Both the position numbers and the translations under genes were made by a program. A model generated the notes under the pieces. The model saw only the letters and a program-made list of their open reading frames with translations, had not been told where the DNA came from and made no database searches. From NCBI GenBank assembly GCA_965204745.1, contig OZ242010.1:3008001-3072000 (forward strand): 64,000 nucleotides of DNA, written 5' to 3'. This DNA is from Candidatus Latescibacterota bacterium (GTDB lineage Bacteria > Latescibacterota > UBA2968). Below are positions 58,017 through 64,000 of the stretch, in pieces. Positions within the stretch are counted from its first letter, which is position 1. Each line of letters begins with the position of its first letter.

Positions 58017-58204
58017 GGGAGAGGTGAGAGGCAAGAGGCAAGAGGCAAGACATGAAAGGCGTGAGAGGTGAGAGGCAAGACGGGAGAAGGCAACTGCGCT
58101 ATTCCGATCAAGAGATCAGTGGTCAGTAGTCAGTGGTCAGTGGTCAGTGGTCAGTGGTCAGTGGTCAGTGGTCAGTGGTCAGTGGTCAGTGGTCAGTGGT
58201 CAGT
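58017..58204. repeat. Purine heptamers followed by (TCAGTGG) about 12.7 copies
   Basis: Direct reading; TCAGTGG run at 58116-58204. Confidence 0.92.
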
Positions 58205-58274
58205 CCCCGCCCATCGCCGCCCAAAGGCGGTTCGCAGATCATGCAGAGGGCGCAAAAAAATATCATAGCCCGCG

Positions 58275-58499
58275 CTATGCGGCAAAGTCGAGCATTTCGA
58301 GGATGATGCCGCGCTTCCATTGCTCTTGTGCTTGGCGGAGCAGTGCCTTGTTCACCGATTCGGAAATGTATTCTTCCCCACAATTGTCACAGATTTGTGC
58401 AGGTACTTTTTTGAAGACGACGGTTGTCTGGCCGCGTTCCAAGACAACAGTGGTGTCTCCCGCTGTGGTAATCCCATGGCGACAAATCGCGCATTTCAT
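58275..58499 (-). CDS. YgiT/MqsA-type zinc-finger protein (orphan antitoxin-like)
   Basis: MKCAIC..G....G.TT..LER......FK.VPA.ICDNCGEEY. Confidence 0.88.
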   Translation of the reverse strand: MKCAICRHGITTAGDTTVVLERGQTTVVFKKVPAQICDNCGEEYISESVNKALLRQAQEQWKRGIILEMLDFAA

Positions 58500-58666
58500 C
58501 TTCTCCTCCTCCGCCAGGCTTCCTTACCAAATGTAAGCAGGCGAATGGGCATTGTCAATTATGGGTTGATATGGCCTGTTTTTTGTATTTTATTCAGACA
58601 GTTGACACATCTCGGTCGTTTGCGTACGCTATGGAAAGTTGCGTCATTTCCCCGACGGGAGTTCCT

Positions 58667-59551
58667 GTGAAATACATTATCTCGTTCATTCTCATTTTAA
58701 CCTGCGGCCTATTCTCTGCCGAGGCCAACACAGCGGCGCGCAAGGTCGGGTTTGTGCTGTTGCGCGAGGGCGTGGGCGCGCGGTCGGCTGCGATGGGCGA
58801 TGCACAGACCGCTGTGGTGGGCGATCAGACGGCTGCGGTTTGGAATCCGGCAGGCGTCGCGGCAATGCGGGGCAAACACTTTGTTTTGGCGCACCACCGC
58901 TCGTTTCAGGGTATCAAACAGGGCTATGGCGGGTGGGCCTACGGCAATGGCAAGCGCGGGATCGCGCTGAGTTTGGGCGTGTATGGGACAGGGGGATTGG
59001 AAGCGCGCCGAGAACCGACCGCGAGGCCAGCGGGGCTGTTTAGCGTGTATGACCTCCATGCGGGCCTGTCTTTTGCACAAAAAATAGGGCGGCGAATCCA
59101 CCTGGGATTTTCGGTTCGGGCGTTGCACGAGAACATCGGCCCGGAAAGCGCGTGGGGGATGAGCGTGGATCTAGGCGCGTTGTATCGCCTGTCCGAACAC
59201 TGGATGCTCGGCGCGGCGTATCGGAATTTTGGCCGCACCGCACGCTTGGACCGCGAGCGCGTTCCCTTGCCCCGGGTGTTTCGCATGGGCGTTGCGTGGT
59301 CTTGGCGGGCATGGGTGACATCCGCAGATTTTCGCCTGCCAGCGATGGGCAAGCGCGGGGCGCATGTCGGCATCGAGTACGGGATTATGGACAAATTGTT
59401 TTTGCGCGGTGGCCTGCAAACCGGGCACGATACGCGCACCCTGTCGTTTGGGCTGGGCATTGCGCGGCGCGCCTGGCGCGTGGATTACGCCTTTGTGCCC
59501 GCATCCCACGGCTTGGGCAACGCGCATCGCATCGCGGTGGGGATGAGGTGA
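58667..59551 (+). CDS. PorV/PorQ-family outer membrane beta-barrel
   Basis: GARSAAMG.A........A..WNPAG; alternating beta-strand pattern, LRGG, DYA; signal peptide from GTG 58667. Confidence 0.8.
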   Translation: MKYIISFILILTCGLFSAEANTAARKVGFVLLREGVGARSAAMGDAQTAVVGDQTAAVWNPAGVAAMRGKHFVLAHHRSFQGIKQGYGGWAYGNGKRGIALSLGVYGTGGLEARREPTARPAGLFSVYDLHAGLSFAQKIGRRIHLGFSVRALHENIGPESAWGMSVDLGALYRLSEHWMLGAAYRNFGRTARLDRERVPLPRVFRMGVAWSWRAWVTSADFRLPAMGKRGAHVGIEYGIMDKLFLRGGLQTGHDTRTLSFGLGIARRAWRVDYAFVPASHGLGNAHRIAVGMR

Positions 59552-59613
59552 GGAGCTATCGGCTTTGGGCGGGCTGACAACTGGCGACTGACAACTGACA
59601 ACGCGAGGATCAA

Positions 59614-62600
59614 ATGAATACGAACACTTTTGACTTCAACGCGACATCCCTCGCACGAGCGGGGTTTCGAGATGCAGAACGCGCGGTACAAAATCTCGAG
59701 GGGTTGACCGACCCGAGCGTTTATGGGCAACTGCCCGACGGGTTTTTGCAGGCGTTGACCGCCGCGCCCGATCCGGATCTGGCGCTGAACAATTTTGATC
59801 GCGTGGCGCGGGCCATGGTTCGGCGCGAAGACTTTGCGCGCCACCTCGATGCGAATGCCGAGTTGTGCCGCATGCTGGTGTACGCGCTCGGGGGCAGTTC
59901 GTTTATGGCCGATGTTTTTGTGCGCGATTCCGAGACGTTTTTCTGGCTGACGGAAAATCCCAATCGGATCGCAGAGGCGTCTGACAAAGCGCGGTTGCTC
60001 GCGGATTTTGATCGGGAGGTTGAGGCGAAAGATACGCGAGACGACAAGCTCAACGCCGTTCGGCGCGCGGCGCGGCGCGAGTTGTTGCGAATCGGCGTGG
60101 GCGATTTGGCGGGTCATCGCGCCATCCAATACGTGGCGGCCGATTTGTCGATCTTGGCGGATGTGTGTTTGCAAAAGCTGGTCGATATTTTGCTACCGGA
60201 TTTGCAAGCGCGTTACGGCAGGCCCCGAGACGTGAAGGGGCAACCCGTGGATTTTGCGATCATCGGTTTGGGCAAATTGGGGGGGATGGAGCTCAATTTC
60301 AGTTCGGACATCGACTTGATGTTCGCGTACAGCGCGGGGGGGAATACCGATGGCGCGAGGGCCACGACCAATCAGGAATTTTTCACCCGATTGGGCGAGC
60401 AAATTGTGCGCGCCGCAACAGAAGTGACCTACGAGGGGTTTTTGTATCGCACGGACATGCGCTTGCGGCCCGATGGCGCGGCCGGCGCGCTGGTGATGCC
60501 CCTGAGCGGATACGAGAGCTACTACATGCTGCGGGGCGAGTTGTGGGAGCGGCAGATGCTGATCAAAGCGCGGTGTTGCGCCGGGTCGAGCCGCCTGGGC
60601 AATCGGTTTTTGGACATGGTAAAACCCTTTGTTTATCCGCGCCATTTCGATATGAGCCCGGCGACCGAGATCAACCGCATCAAAGGGCGCATCGAAGAGG
60701 GCATCGGGCGCAAAGGGCAACGCGAAACGCATCTGAAATTGCGCTCGGGCGGCATTCGGGATATCGAATTTATCGTGCAGTGCCTGCAATTGCTCGTGGG
60801 GCGCGTACACGAAAATGCGCGTTCAGACAATACGCTCGAGGCCATTCGGCAGTTGCAAGGGGTGTCGGCGCTGTCGGACGAAGAAGCCGATAAGTTGAGA
60901 AATGCCTATGTCTTTTTCAGGCGTTTGGAACACCGCTTGCAGATGATGCACAACCGCAGCGATTATTCCCTGCCGGAAACAGAGGAGGAACAGCGCGTTA
61001 TGGCGCGCACGATGGATGTGGCGTCGGCACGGGCGTATCGCAAAACACTGGACGATCATTCGAAGGATGTTCAAGAGGTGTATGCCGGTGTCTTTACCGA
61101 GGCGCAAGAAAGCGAGGGCCGGTCTATCGGCGCGCTGGTCAATATGGAGGTCGGCGATGCAGAGGCCATCGGGCTCTTAAAAGAGATCGGCTTTGACCGC
61201 CCGACAGAGGCGCATCGCAACCTCATCTATTTGGCTTATGGGCATGTGCCGCGGCTTATGGGCACCCAAGCGCGGCAGAGTTTTACGGAATTGGCCCCCG
61301 CATTGATGCGCGCGCTTCAGGATTCGCCCGATCCGGATCAGGGGTTGAAAAACTTGGAAAGTCTGGTGTCTGCTTATGGCGCGGGCGATATGTTTTTCCG
61401 AATTTTGACCGTCCATGACGGGTTTCGCAAGTTGGTGCTGTCTCTGTGCGTCGGTAGCCAATTTTTGGTGCAGGTGATCACGCGCAACCCCGGCTTGCTC
61501 GATTGGCTGGTTCGGCCAGAGGTTTTGTATTTCGATCCCGAGGCAGAAATTTTGCACCTGAGCCCCGGCGCCGCTGCTTTGCGCGAACAACTCCGCGTGC
61601 AAATCGAGCGGTATGGCGACACACCCGAATTGGTCGGCGCGTTGAACGCGGTCAAAAACCGCGAGTTGTTGCGCTTTGGCACGCGCAATTTGGTGGATTT
61701 GACGGATACGTTTGAGACGTTTGAAGCCCTGACGATGTTGGCCGATGCCGTGGTGCAAGTGGTCTATGAGGTGGTGTACGCGCGCTTGGTGGCAAAGCGA
61801 GGCGTGCCGCGCAATCCGCAGGGCGAAGAGGTCGGTTTTGTGGTATTGGGCCTCGGCAAGATGGGCGGGGGCGAATTGAGCTTTGGCTCGGATTTGGATA
61901 TCGTGTTTGTCTATGGCGAAGATGGCGAGACAGATGGCGCACGTCCGCAGGGGAATTTGCAATTCTTTATCGACTTGTCGCAGCAGATGATCGCGATGCT
62001 CGGGCAAAACACCCCGCAGGGCAAGCTCTATCCGGTGGATGCGCGGTTGCGCCCCGAGGGATCGGGCGCGCTTTTGGCCCTGTCTTTGGAGGCGTATGGC
62101 AAGTATTTGGACACGCGCGCATCCACCTGGGAGCGGCTCGCGCTTTCCCGCAGTCGGGTCGTTGCCGGCGATCCGGCTTGGGGCGAAAAGCTGATGAATT
62201 TGTTCGAGCCGTTTGTCGTGGGCACCGGATTTTCAGATGCCGAGGTCGCCACCATGCTGGATATTCGCAAGAAAATGGAACGCAAAGATGGCCCGAAAAC
62301 CGGGAAGTCCTTGAGCATTAAAACAGACCCGGGCGGGATCGTGGATATCGAGTTCATCGCCCAAATTTTGCAGTTGCAACACGCCAAAGATCACCCCGAG
62401 CTCCGCAGTGCTAATACGCTCGACGCGCTTTGGCGATTGGTCGGCGCCGGGTTTTTGGAGGCCGAAGACGCACGCGATCTCCAGCAGGCGTTTGTGTTTT
62501 TGCGTACAGTCGAAAAAGTGATCAGACGCCAAGACGAACAAGCGCGCACCCGCCTGCCCGCCGAAGACCGCGCCCTGACCGCATTGGCACGCGCCATGGG

Positions 62601-62694
62601 GTATGAGACAGCCGAGGCGTTTGGCGATGCCCTAAAAAAAGAAATGACCCAAACGCGGGCGATTTTTGACCGGGTGGTTAAAAGTGAGAGGTGA
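59614..62694 (+). CDS. glnE: Bifunctional glutamine synthetase adenylyltransferase/removase
   Basis: Two copies of GLGK.GG.EL.F.SD.D, D.RLRP.G, WER, GGI.DIEF. Confidence 0.93.
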   Translation: MNTNTFDFNATSLARAGFRDAERAVQNLEGLTDPSVYGQLPDGFLQALTAAPDPDLALNNFDRVARAMVRREDFARHLDANAELCRMLVYALGGSSFMADVFVRDSETFFWLTENPNRIAEASDKARLLADFDREVEAKDTRDDKLNAVRRAARRELLRIGVGDLAGHRAIQYVAADLSILADVCLQKLVDILLPDLQARYGRPRDVKGQPVDFAIIGLGKLGGMELNFSSDIDLMFAYSAGGNTDGARATTNQEFFTRLGEQIVRAATEVTYEGFLYRTDMRLRPDGAAGALVMPLSGYESYYMLRGELWERQMLIKARCCAGSSRLGNRFLDMVKPFVYPRHFDMSPATEINRIKGRIEEGIGRKGQRETHLKLRSGGIRDIEFIVQCLQLLVGRVHENARSDNTLEAIRQLQGVSALSDEEADKLRNAYVFFRRLEHRLQMMHNRSDYSLPETEEEQRVMARTMDVASARAYRKTLDDHSKDVQEVYAGVFTEAQESEGRSIGALVNMEVGDAEAIGLLKEIGFDRPTEAHRNLIYLAYGHVPRLMGTQARQSFTELAPALMRALQDSPDPDQGLKNLESLVSAYGAGDMFFRILTVHDGFRKLVLSLCVGSQFLVQVITRNPGLLDWLVRPEVLYFDPEAEILHLSPGAAALREQLRVQIERYGDTPELVGALNAVKNRELLRFGTRNLVDLTDTFETFEALTMLADAVVQVVYEVVYARLVAKRGVPRNPQGEEVGFVVLGLGKMGGGELSFGSDLDIVFVYGEDGETDGARPQGNLQFFIDLSQQMIAMLGQNTPQGKLYPVDARLRPEGSGALLALSLEAYGKYLDTRASTWERLALSRSRVVAGDPAWGEKLMNLFEPFVVGTGFSDAEVATMLDIRKKMERKDGPKTGKSLSIKTDPGGIVDIEFIAQILQLQHAKDHPELRSANTLDALWRLVGAGFLEAEDARDLQQAFVFLRTVEKVIRRQDEQARTRLPAEDRALTALARAMGYETAEAFGDALKKEMTQTRAIFDRVVKSER

Positions 62695-62870
62695 GACGGG
62701 AGAGGTGAGACGTAAGACGTAAGACGGGAGACCGTAGGGGCGGTGCCCCTGTGGCCGCCCGAAGATACAAGAAGTAGTCAGCGGTCAGCGGTCAGCGGTC
62801 AGTTGTTAGTTCCCTGACTTTTGGTTTTAATCCGCGTAATCCCTTAATCCGCATAATCCGCGATTCAGAT
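62684..62870. repeat. Heptamer tracts, a GTAG-type REP and (TAATCCGCR)-type 9-mers
   Basis: RAGACGK units, GTAGGGGCGGTGCCCCTGTGGCCGCCCGAA, GTCAGCG x3, TAATCCGC x3. Confidence 0.85.
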
Positions 62871-62934
62871 ACGGCGGGGCGGAGAGGAAGGGCACGCACG
62901 GGTTTTAGAGGCGATCCATTGAGATTTGGGTCGC

Positions 62935-63933
62935 CTATTTGTTTTTGAAATACGCCCGCAATTTGCACGTCAACGGATGCGCGGATAGGGGGTGGGCGAT
63001 TTGATGCAGGTGTTGCGCGATTCGGGCGTTGATATTTTGCCAAGGCGATGATCGTGCCGAAAGGCAAAGGCGTGCGGCGGAGAGGTGATAGATGAGGTGA
63101 TGGGCGTCCAAGCGTGCGTGGATGATTTCGGCGGGGGTATCGTACAATTTGGATGCCGAGTTCGCGTAGTGTCGCGCAAGTGCGGGTGTGAGCAGGCTGA
63201 CGACGCGGCCCTTGGGATGGTGCGCGCCGAGGGCGGTCGTGTATTGTACCAGCCGGCGTTCGGGCCAGTCGTAGCCGATTTTGGCGAGTTCGAGAACGGT
63301 CGCCGTCCCCATATTTGAACACGCGATGTTGCGGGCGTTGTAATCGGTGGGGCCGAGCGCGGGCGCGGCGCGGGCGAGTTCTTCGACGAGTGCTGTCCAT
63401 GTCGGCAAGAGGTCGGGCGCGGTGGGCGTTGCGAGTGTGGGCAGTGTTTCGCCGAGGGATTGGGTGAGGTGCTGCCAGTGTTCGCGCAACGCATCGGCAT
63501 CACAGCCGGGCGCGATGCGTGAGGCGAAGTTGGGCGGGTGATGGTGAAAGGCGTTTTCAAGGGCGCGAAGGGTGTGGATGACGCTGCGGGCGAATGGGTT
63601 GGGATCCGCGGTTTGACATATATCGTCGAGGGTTTGATCCCCGCACCATTCGCAGACGACCAAGCCCTCAGCGGGTTCGGTTGCGATGATGCGCGGCACC
63701 GAGACGCCATGGGCGAGCAGGTGGTCTGTGACCCGTTGTTCCACCGCGAGCAGGTCATAGGGCTTTCCGCACGTGAGTGGGGCAAACAGATGGTGTTTAA
63801 CCGCGAATACGGATCTGACAGTGGTGACTTTCCAAACCGCATGGGCGCACGATTCGGAGACGGGTTCGATTTTCTCAATCCCCTGCTGGTCGGGCAAGTT
63901 GGCGCGGAACAGGCGGTGGATGGTTTCGGTCAT
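62935..63933 (-). CDS. APH/choline-kinase-like phosphotransferase-fold protein
   Basis: AVK, E....HL...GV.VP.I, EW.G, GPTDYNARN as a variant of HxDxxxxN. Confidence 0.65.
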   Translation of the reverse strand: MTETIHRLFRANLPDQQGIEKIEPVSESCAHAVWKVTTVRSVFAVKHHLFAPLTCGKPYDLLAVEQRVTDHLLAHGVSVPRIIATEPAEGLVVCEWCGDQTLDDICQTADPNPFARSVIHTLRALENAFHHHPPNFASRIAPGCDADALREHWQHLTQSLGETLPTLATPTAPDLLPTWTALVEELARAAPALGPTDYNARNIACSNMGTATVLELAKIGYDWPERRLVQYTTALGAHHPKGRVVSLLTPALARHYANSASKLYDTPAEIIHARLDAHHLIYHLSAARLCLSARSSPWQNINARIAQHLHQIAHPLSAHPLTCKLRAYFKNK

Positions 63934-64000
63934 GGGCAAGTGGGGAAAGATCGCGGAGAGCGCAGATTGACATTTGAGGGGACGTTGTATATTTTGCTGT

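Noticed and set aside
58068-58536. ORFs with SGQWSVV repeats (also 34278-35087, 44675-45262 and the extended ftsW and tsaC N-termini)
   Set aside because: Translations of intergenic heptamer tracts, not credible proteins.

Overview
64 kb of a roughly 60% GC bacterial chromosome. A PorV-like barrel, RecD2, DUF5069 and dense intergenic heptamer repeats suggest an FCB-group, Latescibacterota-like organism (inference only). The left end is a small defence cluster: a partial N4/N6 DNA methyltransferase and a low-GC three-gene CBASS (CD-NTase, stand-alone E2, 3TM protein). Next come sucC, an M16 peptidase, DUF790/DUF5069 and a dcw cluster (mraZ to ftsZ) lacking mraY, murD, murG and ddl. The rest holds metabolic genes, a HigBA-like TA pair, a FolC/ATP-grasp fusion, a PD-(D/E)XK-like nuclease plus helical partner followed by a ~310-nt structured non-coding region, a Cus-like TolC/adaptor pair with an RSPP leader peptide but no CusA, an ABC exporter, recD2, tsaC and glnE. 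Notable non-genic signals: a long rod-like fold inside the murF coding sequence, an IS1595-type MITE, mosaic 7-mer/REP repeat tracts at apparent operon breakpoints, and a ~10 kb block of reversed GC skew bounded by those tracts. No rRNA, tRNA or CRISPR array was seen. All base pairings and compositional trends were read by eye.
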